From: Mustelus asterias
Lineage: Eukaryota
DNA length: 64,000 bases
Assembly (NCBI RefSeq): GCF_964213995.1
Contig: NW_027590253.1
Span: 372,001-436,000, forward strand
Direction of reading: 5' to 3'
The notes under the pieces are model-generated. The model had not been told where the DNA came from and ran no database searches. It saw only the letters and a program-made list of their open reading frames with translations. Shown in pieces: positions 23,899 through 35,839 of this stretch (within the stretch, counting starts at the first letter, position 1; every line of letters begins with the position of its first letter). The position numbers were made by a program, and so were the translations under genes.

Positions 23899-24103
23899 TG
23901 ATGTGGAGAGTCCGGCGATGGACTGGGGTGGGCACCGTTAGATATCTCACAACACCAGGTTAAAGTTCAACAGGTTCATTTGAAATCACGAGCTTTTGGA
24001 GTGCTGCTCCTTCATCAGTCACCTGATGAAAGAGTAGCTCTCAGGGCGCTCCTGTTTCCAAATAAACCTGTTGGACTTTAAACTGGTGTTGTGAGACTTT
24101 TTA
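23899..24103. mobile_element. Penelope-derived fold-back mini-element
   Basis: gatgtggag..ctcacaacaccaggttaaag..ccttcatcag|tcac|ctgatgaaag..tttaaactggtgttgtgagac: inverted arms meet at the hammerhead core. Confidence 0.8.
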
Positions 24104-24261
24104 TTGAGATAACCAACAGACTTTCCATATAGAGCAGGGAGACAAAGACTTCAGCTTCTTTCTTGCTTGATGCACCTGTTGAAACTAAAAACTAAACTGC
24201 AGGTCCAGAACTCTTAAAAATTAAACCTCAAACTCACTGGAACAAACTGTCCAAAAACAAG

Positions 24262-25333
24262 CTAGCTAGATGGGTGGAGAACTGGCTTAGCCATCGGTAG
24301 CAGTGGAGAGGTCTTTTTTCCGGTTGGAGGTCTGTGACTCGTGGTGTTCCGCAGGGCTCTGCACTGGGACCTCTGCTGTTTGTGATATATATATATAAAT
24401 GATTTGGAGGAAGATGTAGCTGGTGTGATCATGAAGTTTGCGGACAACAGAAAGATTGCTGGAGTTGCGGATAGTAATGAACATTGTCAGAGAATACAGC
24501 AGGATATAGATAGGCTGGAACATTGGGCGGAGAAATGGCAGATGGAATTTAATCCAGATAAATGCGAAGTGATGCATTTCGGTAGATGTAATGTAAGGGG
24601 CAGTGAGAGAGTAAATGGCAGAACCATCAGGAGTATAGACACACAGAGGGACCTGGGTGTACAAGTCCACAGATCCTTAAAGGTGGCAGCACAGGTGGAG
24701 AGAGTGTTGAAGAAGGCATATGGCATGCTTGCCTTTATTGTACGGGCATAGAATATAAAAGTTGGCATATGATGTTGCAGCTGTATAGAACGTTGGGTGG
24801 GCCTCATTTGGAATACTGCATCCAGTTCTGGTCGCCACACTACCGGAAGGACGTGGAGGCTTTGGGGAGAGTACAGAAAATGTTTACCAGGATGTTGCCT
24901 GGTATGGAGGGTCTTAGCGATGAGGAGAGATTGGGTAAACTGGGGTTGTTCTCCCTGGAAAGACGGAGGATGAGGGGCGAACTAATAGAGGTGTATAAAA
25001 TTATGAAGGGCATAGATAGGGTGAACAGTGGGAAGCTATTTCCCAGGTCGGAAGTGACGAACACAAGGGGTCACGGGTTCAAGCTGAGTGGGGGAAGGTT
25101 CAACACAGATGTCAGGGGGACGTATTTTGCACAGAGGATGGTGGGGGCCTGGAATGCACTACCAAGCAAGGTGACTGAGGCGGACACGCTGGGATCGTTT
25201 AAGACTTATCGAGATAGCCACATGAACAGACTGGGAATAGAGGGGTACAAACGAATTGTCTAGTTGGGCACATGAGCGGCGCAGGCTTGGAGGGCCGAAG
25301 GGCCTGTTCCTGTGCTGTATTGTTCTTTGTTCT
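24262..25333 (+). mobile_element. 5'-truncated CR1 LINE
   Basis: [18 protein letters not shown]; tail ttgttctttgttct. Confidence 0.92.
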
Positions 25334-25439
25334 TCGTGAAAAACCGTTCTTTTCTCCTAACAATGCAGGATCGTAAAACGAACCCCAGAGTAAACACAAA
25401 CAACTCAATTTACCACTTAAGTAGCAATGACAGTGGAAA

Positions 25440-25840
25440 CATTATGCTTGGGCTTCTCCGGTTTACCCCAGGACTGGAAAATCCCACCTGAGGTCAACGG
25501 ACCTTTGCATGGTGAGTGTCCCGTCCGCTACGATACCCGTGATGAGCAGGACGGGAAAACTCCCCCCATGTCACTGTATAATTTATTTACACCCTTCATA
25601 AATTTGAACACCTCAATCAACTCTCCTAATATTCTTCTCTGCTCTTTGGAGAACAAAATCAGCTTCTCGAGTCTAACCAGGTGACTGTATAATTCGTCCT
25701 CCCTGAACAATTCTAGCAGATCTCTTCTGTACCCTCGCCAAAATCTGTCCATCCTTCCCAAAGTGTGGAGCTCAGTTTTGGTCACAGTATTCCATGTGGG
25801 AGCAAAGTAGATTTTATTGCTGCTTCCCAAAACTTCTTTT
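25440..25840 (-). mobile_element. Old CR1 3' fragment
   Basis: LEKLILFSKEQRRILGELIEVFKFMKG. Confidence 0.65.
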
Positions 25841-25844
25841 TGAA

Positions 25845-26830
25845 CAGACTTATTATTGTCACATGTATTAGCACAGAGTGAAAAGTGTTTGTTTTTGTGC
25901 TTTACAGACAAAGTGTGCCATTCATAGGGAAGGCAAGGATGGGATGAAGAATGCAAAAGTATCTGTACAGAGAGAAAAGAGCTGACGTTTCGAGTTCAGA
26001 TTATCCTTTGTCAAAGCTGATTGGTTTCAGATTCCAGAATCCACAGTAATTTGCTTGTATATGGGAAGTGCAGAATGTAGTGTTATAGTCATAGCTGGGA
26101 TGTAGAGAAAGATCAACATAATATATGGTAGGACCATGATGTTCTTCGGTCGGTTGGTGCATGGGCCCAGACTTATGTATCATTTTTCCTGATGGAGGAA
26201 GGTGGAAGAGAGTATACATAGAACATAGACCATAGAACAGTACAGCACAGAACAGGCCCTTCGGCCCTCGATGTTGTGCCGAGCTTTATCTGAAACCAAG
26301 ATCAAGCTATCCCACTCCCTATCATCCTGGTGTGCTCCATGTGCCTATCCAATAACCGCTTAAATGTTCCTAAAGTGTCTGACTCCACTATCACTGCAGG
26401 CAGGCCATTCCACACCCCAACCACTCTCTGCGTGAAGAACCCAACTCTGATATCCTTCCTATATCTCCCACCACGAACCCTATAGTATGTCCGATGTGGT
26501 TGGGGTCCTTGATTATGCTGGCTGCTTTTCCGAAGCAGTGGGAACTGCAGACAGGGTCAATGGATGGGAGGTTGGATTGTGCGATGGACTTTTGCAGTTA
26601 CCTGTGGTCTTGGACAGCGCAGGAGCCATACCAAATTGTGATACAACCAGAAAGGATGCTTTTTATTTTGCATCTGTAAAAGTTGGTGAGAGTGTTAGCG
26701 GACATGCCAAATTTCCTTAATCCCCTGAGAATGTCGAGGCATTGGTGGACTTTCTTAACAGTAGTGTCAGCGTGGAGGGTCCAGGACAGGTTGTTGGTGA
26801 TCTGGACACCAGCAAAATTAAGGCTCTCTT
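25845..26830 (-). mobile_element. Rex1/Babar-like LINE 3' part, interrupted by a CR1 3' end (about 26218-26485)
   Basis: GVQITNNLSWTLH..LRGLRKFGMS..LTNFYRC.I.SILSGCITIWYGSC is typical of Rex1/Babar. Confidence 0.8.
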
Positions 26831-27014
26831 GTCCTGTGTACACACATGCATTACAATTAGGAGTAGGCCATTCAGCCCCGCAAGCCTGCTCTGCTATTCA
26901 AAATGTTCAAGATCTGGTTGTAAAGTCAATCACACATTCTTGCCAACCTCTGATAATATTCACACCGCCTTCTTAAAAATATTCAAACACTCTGCTCCCA
27001 GCAATTTTAAGGAG

Positions 27015-27520
27015 TAACCAACCAAGTAGAAGAGGGCAGTGCAGCTGATGTTGGACTTTAGCAAGGCCTTTGAAAATGTATCGCGTGGGAGGTTGTTGCA
27101 TAAGGTGAAATCGCACGTGATCCAGGGTGAGGTAGCGAATCGGATACCAAATTGGCTTGATGACAGAAGAGAGCGGGTTCTTGTAGTGGGTTGTTTTTCA
27201 GTCTGGTGGCCTGTAAATAGCGGTGTGGCTCAAGGATCAGTGCTGGTTCCATTTTATTTTAACATTGGTATGAATGATTTGGATGGAAATTTAGGAGCCA
27301 TGGTTAGGAAGTTTGCAGATGACACCAACATTGGTTGCTTAGTGGATAGTGAAGAAGGCTATCTGGGATTGCAACGGGATCTTCGTCTATTGGGCCAGTG
27401 CGCTGATGAATGGCAGATGGAGTTTCATTTGGATCAAAGTGATATGATGGATTTGGGAGATCGAATCGGGAGTTAATGGTAGCGCGTTGATGAGTTATAG
27501 AACAAAGAGATATGAGGGTA
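27015..27520 (+). mobile_element. Decayed CR1 RT fragment
   Basis: DFSKAFE, QGSVL, KFADDT. Confidence 0.85.
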
Positions 27521-27789
27521 TGAGGACGAGTTGTGAGGACTTCGCCGGTAGAAACGAAGTCCATTGAGGACACCGTGCAAGGTCGACGGCAAAGGTATGT
27601 GCCCCTTGGGCAGTATCCACTGGGCAGTATCGGGGGGTAGGGCCTGAGGTGGTGGGGTCTACAGGAGGGGGCCTGAAGGTAGCGGGGCCGACGGGCCATT
27701 GTCGGCAGGGGCGGGACCTGAAGGGGCGGGACCTGAAGGGACGGGGCTGACGGCAGCTCGGCCCTTGGGGAGTGGCCCGATCCCGTAGG

Positions 27790-28385
27790 AATGGTGGCCC
27801 AGTGCCACTCTGCGCGTTATTGGTGGAGCGGGAGAGGAGACCTTGCCACTCTGTATGTGATCGGTGACAGAGAGAGGGCGGCCCCGCGCCACTTTGCACG
27901 TTATTGTTGGGGGCATAGGGGGTCCTGCTTCCACCCTGCACGCGGTTCGTGAGGTAAGTTGTACCCCGTGCCACTCTCACATGGGTGTTGGGGGGAGAGA
28001 GTCCCGCTGTCACTCTGCACACAGTCTGTGGGGTGGGGTGGTCCCCGCTCCCACTCTGCACGTGGGGGTGGTGGGTCCTACAGCCACTCTGCACGCGTTC
28101 ACTGCTGGAGGGAGTGGGCCTCGCTGCCTGTCTGCATGCACATTGGTGTAGGGAGGGGGCCTCGTTGCCTCTCTGCATGCACAGTGGGGTAGGGAGGGGG
28201 TTTCGCTGCCGCTCTGCATGTACAGTTGGGTAGGGAGGGTGTCTCGCTGCCTCTCTGCAAGCAGAGTGGGTTAGGGAGGGGGGTCTCGCTGCCTCTCTCC
28301 ATGCACAAATGGTTAGGGAGGGGGTCTCGCTGCCTCTCTGCATGCACAGTGGGGTCGGGAGGGGTTCTGGCTGCCTCTCTGCATG
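27790..28385. repeat. GC-rich minisatellite, about 41-bp unit, about 14 degenerate copies
   Basis: Unit approximately GGGTAGGGAGGGGGTCTCGCTGCCTCTCTGCATGCACAGTG, drifting to ..CCACTCTGCACG.. toward the left. Confidence 0.85.
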
Positions 28386-28699
28386 TAATTGGTGTGGGGG
28401 AAGGAGTGGTGATTGGTCCGGGTGGTGGGGAGGGGGCTGGGTCTATATCCGGTCGGGGGCTGCGCACAATGAGCTGCGGCCCCCAGACTATCTGGGAGCA
28501 GCTGCTGTGTTGAAGCTAGCTGCAGCAGCAGAGAGCTGACAGATGTCTCTCTCAGACCAGGCAGCTCACTGCTCGCTGCAATTGCGCATTTGCAACCACA
28601 TCGGTTTGGTACGTGGTCGGTATCCCAGCCAGCGCTGTGAGAGCTGCAAGTGATGGGGCCACGTCTGAGGGTGGTCTAACAGTCATTGAGTTTTAACAG

Positions 28700-30385
28700 C
28701 GCAAAATGAGACCCTTCAGCCCATTATGTCTGAACTGGTCATCAAACACCGATCCAATCGAATCCCATTTTCCAGCACTCGATCCACAGCCTTGTATGCT
28801 CTGGCGTTTGAATTGCTGATCTAAATGCCTCTTGTGGTTGTTCCCGCTTCTACCATCCTTTCAGGCCGTGAGCTGCAGATCCCAGCACCCTGTGGATGGA
28901 AATATTTTCCCTCAGATCCACACAGAAATCTGTCCTTTACCTTAAATCCACGCCCCTCTGGTTATTGACACCTCTACTAAAGGGAAAACGTTTCTTCCTA
29001 TCTATGTGCAGCATAATTTTGTACATTTCACTCAGATCCCAACCCCCACACCTGAAAGCACTCCCGACCACCACCACCCACTACACCCACTCCACCTCCA
29101 GCCGTCTCTGCTCTAAGGTAAAAAACCCAGCCTAACCAGCCTCTCCTCATAGCTGAAACTCTCCAGCCCAGGCAGCATCCTGGTGAATCTCCTCTCCACC
29201 GTCTCCAGTGCAATTACATCCTTCCTGTCGTGTGATGACCAGAGCTGCACACAGTTCTCTTGCTCTGGTGTAACCAGCATTTTATAAACTTCCATCGTAA
29301 TCCCCCAGCTCTTATAATCTGTGCTGCTAAAGGCAAGTATCCTACATGTCGTCTTAACCACCTCATCTATCTGTCCTCCTGCCTTCAGGGATCCTCATAT
29401 ATGCGGCCCACATTCATTCTGGCCCTCTTCACTTCCTCACACTCCACTGTTCATTGTACATTTCCTTGCCCTATTAGTCCTGCCAAATGCATTGCTTAAC
29501 ATTTTTCAGTTTTAAATTCCATTTGCCCATCTGACCAGCCTGCCTGTTTCCTCGACACAGTGGCACAATGGTTAGCACTGCTACCCCACAGCGCCAGGGA
29601 CGCGTGTTCGATTCATGGCTTGGATCACTGTCTGTTTGGATTTTGCACATTTTCCCCGTGTCTGCGTGTGTTTCTTCTGGATGCTCCAGTTTCCTCCCAC
29701 ATTCCATAGACGTGTGGGTTAGGTGAATTGGTCAGGCTAAATTGCCCTCAGTGTCAGGGAGACTCGCTCAGGTAAATGCATGGCGTTATGGGGATAGGGC
29801 CCCGTTTCGGATTGTGGTCGGTGGCGACTCGATGGGCCGAATGGCCTCCTTCTGCACTGTAGGATTCTATGATTCCTGTAATCTAAGGCTTTTCTCCTCA
29901 ATATTTAACACACCACCAATTTTTGTATCATCTGTGAACTTACTGAACATACCTCACACATTCCTGTCTGGACCATCAATGTGCCCTACAAACAATAAGG
30001 GACCCAGCGTTGACCCCTGTGGAAACCCACTGGACACAGGCTTGCAGTCACAAAAGCAACATTCGAATATCAAACTATCCTCCTGCCAATCAGCCAATTT
30101 TGATTGCAATTTACCCAATTGCCCTGGATCCCATCGGCTATTAATTTATTTTTCACTCTCCCATGCGGAATTTGTCAAAAGTTTTTCTGAAGTCCATGTA
30201 GACTACATCGGCTGCACTTCCCTCATCTACTCATCCAGTCACCTCCGCTATATATCCCAGCAAATTCTTAGACATGATCTCCCCCTGACAAAGCCATGCT
30301 GACTATTGTTCATGAATCCTCACCTCTCGAAGTGGAGATTAATTCTGTCCCTCAGATTGTTTTCCAATCATTTCCCTACCACAGA
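28700..30385 (-). mobile_element. Decayed CR1 LINE interrupted by an HE1 SINE (+, about 29555-29875)
   Basis: RRFTRMLPGLESFSYEERL on -; SINE A/B boxes and V-domain. Confidence 0.8.
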
Positions 30386-30534
30386 TATGATGATGATTTT
30401 GTTCTGGGTGTGATCTTGGATGTCTCCAGGGCACCCAGTAGGATGGCACGATGGCGCAGTGGTTAGGACTGCTGCCTCACAGCATCAGGGACCCTGGTTC
30501 AATCCCCGGGATTCCATCATCACCAGTGAAGGAT

Positions 30535-30780
30535 TTTTTTAAACTTTGAAACCAGCTCCATTCTCACATATAGCCTGTTGGGATTTCTTCTGTGACAAGA
30601 TCGTGTCATGTTTCTCTGGAAAGGATCCATTTTGAGCAAGTTCAGTTTCTCGCAGCTCCCCAGTGTCCACATTGAGCCTTGTAAATTCATTCTGGATCAC
30701 AGCAGTCCTGTGTACATCATCAACCTGCATAAGGTCATTGGTAAATCCAGGGCACATCGTGCTGATGTTCCAGCCTGAGA
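30535..30780 (-). mobile_element. RTE-clade LINE endonuclease N-terminal fragment
   Basis: WNISTMCPGFTNDL..RTAVIQNEFTRLNVD..L.ET.L resembles the RTE WNVRT...RLNIDIAALQETRL start. Confidence 0.65.
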
Positions 30781-30789
30781 TGTGAAAGA

Positions 30790-32430
30790 CTGATTTGATT
30801 TGAATTGATTTGATTTATTACTGTCACATGCATTAGCATACAGTGAAAAGTATTGTTCCTTGAGTGCTATACAGACAAAGCATACCGTACTTAGATAAGA
30901 AGAGTGTCCAGAATGTAATGTTGCAGTCATAGCTCGGGTGCAGAAAACGATCAACTATATGCCATGGAGGTCCATTCAAACGTCTGCTGGCAGCAAGAAG
31001 AAGCTGCTCTTGAGTCATCAGCATGGTAACACAGTGGTTATTACCACTGTCTACCAGGGACCTGAGATCGATTCCCGGATTGGATCACTGTGTGGAATTT
31101 GCACATTCTCCCAGTGTCTGCGTGGGTTTCCTCCAGATGCTCCGGTTTCCACTCACAGTCCAACGATGTGCTGGATTTTTCGATTGGCCATGTTAAATTG
31201 CCCAATAGGGTCCCGGGATATATATGTTAGAAGGATTAGCAGGGTATGTATGCGGGACATCGGGGATAGGGGCTGGCTAGGATTGTTGTCAGTGCAGACT
31301 CGATGCGTCGAATGGCCTCCTTCTGCAGTGTCGTGTTTCTATGATTCCATGAGTCGGTTGGTACATGTCCTCAGACTTGGTACCTTTTTTTCCAATGGAA
31401 CAAGGTGGAAGAGTTTATGCCCGTCATGCGTGGGGTACTTAATTAGGCTGGCTGCTTTTCCAAGGCAGCAGGAAGTTTAGACAGTGTCAATTGGTGGGAG
31501 GTTGGTTTGAGTGAAGGACTGGGTTTCATTCACGAAGCTTTGAATTTTCTTGCAGTCTTGGACAGAGCACGAGAAATACCAATCTGTGACACAACCAGAA
31601 AGGATGTTTTCTATGGTGCATGTGTAAAAGTTGGTGAGAATTGTAGCTGACATTCCAAATGTCTTTAGACCTCTGAGAAAGTAGAGTCGTTGGAGGGCTT
31701 CTTAACTATTGGGTCATCAGGGAGGCAGCAGGACAGGTTGTTGGTGATTTGGACCCCGAAAAACTTGAAGCTGTCGAACACTTCAACTTCATCCCATTGT
31801 TATCGACAGGGGCATGTACTCCACTCTGCTTCCTGAAGTCGATGACTATCTCCTTTGCTTTGTTGACATTGAGGAAGATATTATTGTGGTCGTACTCGTT
31901 CGCCAGATTATCTGTCTCTTCCTTGTTCTTGGTCTCATCGTTGTTTGAGACCTGTCATCAATAATCTTGGCAATTAAATTCGAGGGGAATTTGGCCACAC
32001 ATACATCGGCGTATAAGGAATATAGTAAGGGGCTAAGGATATTGCCTTGTGGAGCAATTCTGCATAGAATGATTATGGAGGAGGTGTTGTTGACTGTCCT
32101 TATTTATTGCTGTCTGTGGGTGAGGAAGTTTAGGATCCAATTGCAGTGGCAGCAGCCTAACCCCGGGCCATGGATTTTGAACATGTGTTTCGTAGGAATA
32201 ATGGTGTTAAAGGCTGAGCAGTCGTCGATAAACACGAGTCTGTGTTCCAGGGTTGACTGTAGAAACAGGGAGATGGTGTCTGTGGACCTGTCGTGGAGGT
32301 AGGTGAACTGTAGTGGATCCGGGCAACCTGTGAGGCCGGAATTGATTCATGCCATGACTATCCTTTTGATGCATTTCACAATATTGGATATCAGTGTCAC
32401 CGGACGATAATCATGAAGGCAGGCTGCTTG
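30790..32430 (-). mobile_element. Rex1/Babar-like LINE with (TCAAA)n tail, interrupted by an HE1 SINE (+, about 31020-31350)
   Basis: Colinear with 25845-26830; tail tgatttgatttgaattgatttgattt at 30791-30816. Confidence 0.75.
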
Positions 32431-32634
32431 GTTTTTCCTTTCTACTTGCCTTGGTTTGAATTTTTCTTGCCTGGTGCATAGATTAGCAACCTTCCTGCCG
32501 AGAGATGACTCACTGAACGTCAGTAGTCCAGTCGGGACAGCAGCAAACTTACTGGGAACTATGGGCGGTAGCTATTCACTGAATCCTGAAGCTTCCTCCC
32601 ACTGTTGAAAGCAAACCCTGGTACTTGGGTTCTG

Positions 32635-33612
32635 AGATGTGGAGATGCCGGTGTTGGACTGGGGTAAGCACAGTGAGAAGTCTCACAACAACAGCTTAAA
32701 CTCCAACAGGTTTATTTGGGAGCACCAGCTTTCGGAGCCTCAAGCTCCTTCTTCACGTGAGTGAGGATTGTGTTCACAAACAGGGCATATAAAGACACAA
32801 ACTCAATTTGCAAGATAATGGTAGGAATGCGAGTCTTTACAAGTAATCAAGTCTTAAGACCCGCAGCTGGAATACTTTGTGCACTATTGGGCCCCTTATT
32901 TGTGGAAGGATATATTGGCCTTGGAGGGAGTGCAGAGAAGGTTCACCAGGTTGATACCAGAGATGAGGGGTGTTGATTATGAGGAGAGACTGAGCAGATT
33001 GGGTTTGTATTCGTTGGAATTTAGAAGGCTGAGGGGGGATGTTATAGAGACCTATAAGATAATGAAGGGGCTGGATAGGGTAGAGATGGAGAGATTCTTT
33101 CCACTTAGAAAGGAAACTAGAACTAGAGGGCACAACCTCAAAATAAAGGGGGGTCAGTTTAGGACAGAGTTGAGGAGGAACTTTTTCTCTCAGAGGGTGG
33201 TGAATCTCTGGAATTCTCTGCCCACTGAAGTGGCGGAGGCTACCTCGTTGAAAATGTTTAAATCACGGATAGATGGATTCCTGATCGGTAAGGGAACTGG
33301 GGTTATACGGATCAGGCGGGTAAGTGGAACTGATCTACTTCAGATCAGCCATGATCTTATTGAATGGCGGGGAAGGCTCGAGGGGCTAGATGGACTACTC
33401 CTGCTCCTATTTCTTATGTTCTTATGTTCTTAAAGGTACAGACAATGTGAGTGGAGACAGGGTTAAGCGCAGGTTACAGAGATGTGTATTGTCCGCAGCC
33501 ATGACAGTTAGTGAGATTTTGCAAGCCCAGACAAGTCGTGGGGGTTACAGATAGTGTGACATGATCCCAAGATCCCGGTTGAGGCCTTCCTCATGTGTGC
33601 TGAACTTGACTA
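32635..33612 (-). mobile_element. Penelope-like 3' end (pLTR and ORF terminus) split by a CR1 3' fragment (+, about 32858-33430)
   Basis: KFSTHEEGLNRDLGIMSHYL matches the end of ORF 43360-44394; tcttaa on both sides of the CR1. Confidence 0.8.
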
Positions 33613-34044
33613 TCTTGTGTTCTGTGCCAATCGAGTGTGAAATTACTGTTTCTTCCTGTGTTGTGCTAACGGTGGCCACAATGCTATGGTCTCCTCTGCT
33701 GGCTACAGTCCTGGGTAAACATAATAGAGATTCTGAGCTGTCAAGGCACCAGGTTCTCCCTCTGCCAACTGTTAGTATTGTCCAGAGGCAAGGGTCAAAC
33801 CAGCACTGTTTGGTACCAGCTCTGTTGCAGGGGTTGTCAGTGAGCTGTGTGAGAGACAACAGATTACCACCTACAGGACTCCAGTCTGGATTTTCTGTCA
33901 GGGTTTACTCCCTCAACCTTCTTACCCTCCAACTCCACCACAAGGTAGAGGGGCTTTTTACCTGTAGCTGATTGAGGGTCAATGTTCTGGACTCCCCGGA
34001 AAACTCTCTCCCAAATGTATACCATTGTGTTGCTACCATGAAGC

Positions 34045-34210
34045 AGCACGGTGACACAGTGGTTAGCACTGCTGACTCACAGCATCAGGGACCTGGGTTC
34101 AATTCCAGGCTTGGGTCACTGTCTGTGTGGAGTTTGGACCTTCTCCCCGTGTCTGTGTGTTTCATCCGGATGCCTCACTTTCCTCTCACACTGCAAAAGA
34201 CGTGCTGGAT
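34045..34210 (+). mobile_element. V-SINE 5' fragment
   Basis: gcagcacggtgacacagtggttagc..gggttcaattcc..V-domain. Confidence 0.8.
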
Positions 34211-34338
34211 TAAAACAAATGATTTAAGTGATTTTTTTGTGTGTGCGTTCTATTTTATTTCAACCCATCCTCAGTTTAAATGGTAACTTATTCCCCTGAA
34301 TCATGTCTAATTTTATTCTTTATTTCCCTTCCTGACAG

Positions 34339-35240
34339 TGAACATAATCACAATTGTGACACTGACGAACAGAAATTGTGGTCTGTCCAAATGTGTCACT
34401 CGTTACCTGGTGGCCATGTCAGTGGGGGATCTGCTGGTCGTCATCCTCGACCTGATATTGAGACACATTCCCATTCTTTATCGGGAACAGTTTTATTTCC
34501 TGTACTCGGTCCCCATGTGTAACATCCACGCCGTCCTGCTTTACGCAGCCACTGACTGTTCTGTCTGGTTCACCGTCACTTTCACCTTTGATCGATTTGT
34601 GGCCATTTGCTGCCCCAAGCTGAAAAGTAAATATTGCAGTGAGAAATCGGCGGCTGTGGTTCTGGGAACAGTGGCGATGCTGAGCTGTTTAAAGAACATT
34701 TTCTGGTATTTTATGTTCTTAAATGGATATCTGCTGGCGAAGGCACCCTGGTTTTGTTTGGTCACAGGGGATGTTAGGCAATCTTGGGGCTGGGGAATAA
34801 TCGAGTTCCTCCATTACATTCTAACCCCATGTATCCCATTCGTCCTGATTCTGCTGCTCAATGTTTTCACCGTCAGACACATTTTAATGAGCAGCAGAGC
34901 CCGCAGGAGACTCCGGGCTCACAGCAGTGGGGAGAATCCCAGAGACCCAGAGATGGAGAGTCGCAGGAAATCCATAATTTTACTGTTTGTTATCTCAGCC
35001 AATTTCATCCTCTCATGGTCGACGTTAGTGATTTATTCTATATGGTCTCGGACGCAATTTTTGGGCAATCTGTCGGTTTGGTTAGATCAATTTGTTATGG
35101 AATTGGGCTTCATGCTGCAACTCACATGTTGCTGTACAAACACTGCCATTTATGCTGTGACACAGACTCACTTCAGGCAGCAGCTGAAAAATCTGCTGAA
35201 ATATCCCCTTTCTTCAATTCTTCAAATCATTAAACCCTGA
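34339..35240 (+). CDS. GPR139-like: GPR139-like class A GPCR, coding exon 2 (TM1 end to C-terminus)
   Basis: Acceptor ttcccttcctgacAG at 34337-34338; open 300-codon frame with YLVAMSVGDLLVV (TM2), CSVWFTVTFTFDRFVAIC (TM3, DRF), PCIPF (TM5), CCCTNTAIY (TM7); stop TGA at 35238-35240; total 368 aa. Shark multicopy family related to GPR139/GPR142, probably not the true orthologue. Confidence 0.92.
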
Positions 35241-35309
35241 GAGGAAACTACAACCACATGAACCCTGACTCTTCTTATTTGACATTCAAACTATAAATCA
35301 CAAACAGCC

Positions 35310-35815
35310 TCACAGAGACAGAATGAGTGACAGATAAAGTGAGAGGGCAGTGAGAGCAACAGTGAGAGTGATAGAGAGACAAAGATTGACAGAGAGAGGG
35401 AAGGGCACAAATACATGGAACGTGACAGATTTTGAAGGAGTTTCTAACAGATACAGGTAAAGAAACAGAGAGAGAGAGAGAGGAAGGACAGAGACAGATA
35501 AGGACTTTCACAGAGTGAGAGAATCAGGGATAGAGATGGGGGGAAATTGGGGGGGAGATGGACCGGGAATGAGAAAGGGAGGCAGAGGGAGACAGATGGT
35601 AGGATGTAATAAGAGAGGGAGAGGCAGACAAAGAGGAAACGGGCGACAAAAAGTGAGGCAGAGGGAAATAGCCCGAGTCAGAGGGAAACAGAGATACAGA
35701 GACAGAGAGCGGGACCGAATGGGAAAGTGTGAGACTGAAAGAGGACAATGGACACAGCAAGAGCAAAAGACAGAGCGAGGGAGAGATAGAGAGAGAGGGA
35801 CAGACAGACAAATAA
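35310..35815. repeat. GA/GACA-rich low-complexity tract, continuing at 38205-38420 beyond the CR1 insertion
   Basis: (GAGACA)n-like composition. Confidence 0.85.
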
Positions 35816-35839
35816 GCAAACAGTATGTAGATATGTAGA

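Larger units (their letters stand above)
23492..25430 (-). mobile_element. Probable solo LTR, interrupted by a Penelope mini-element (23899-24103) and a CR1 (24262-25333)
   Basis: Shares blocks with 42269-42884 (gtttcacttcaggt.tga.tca, tttatta); TG start on +, AATAAA on -; right boundary approximate. Confidence 0.45.

Noticed and set aside
27790-28385. Repeat array as CRISPR-like
   Set aside because: Contiguous tandem units with no unique spacers and no cas genes; vertebrate DNA
27495-28539. 282-aa and other ORFs with Cys/His repeats
   Set aside because: Translations of the 41-bp minisatellite, not a zinc-finger gene
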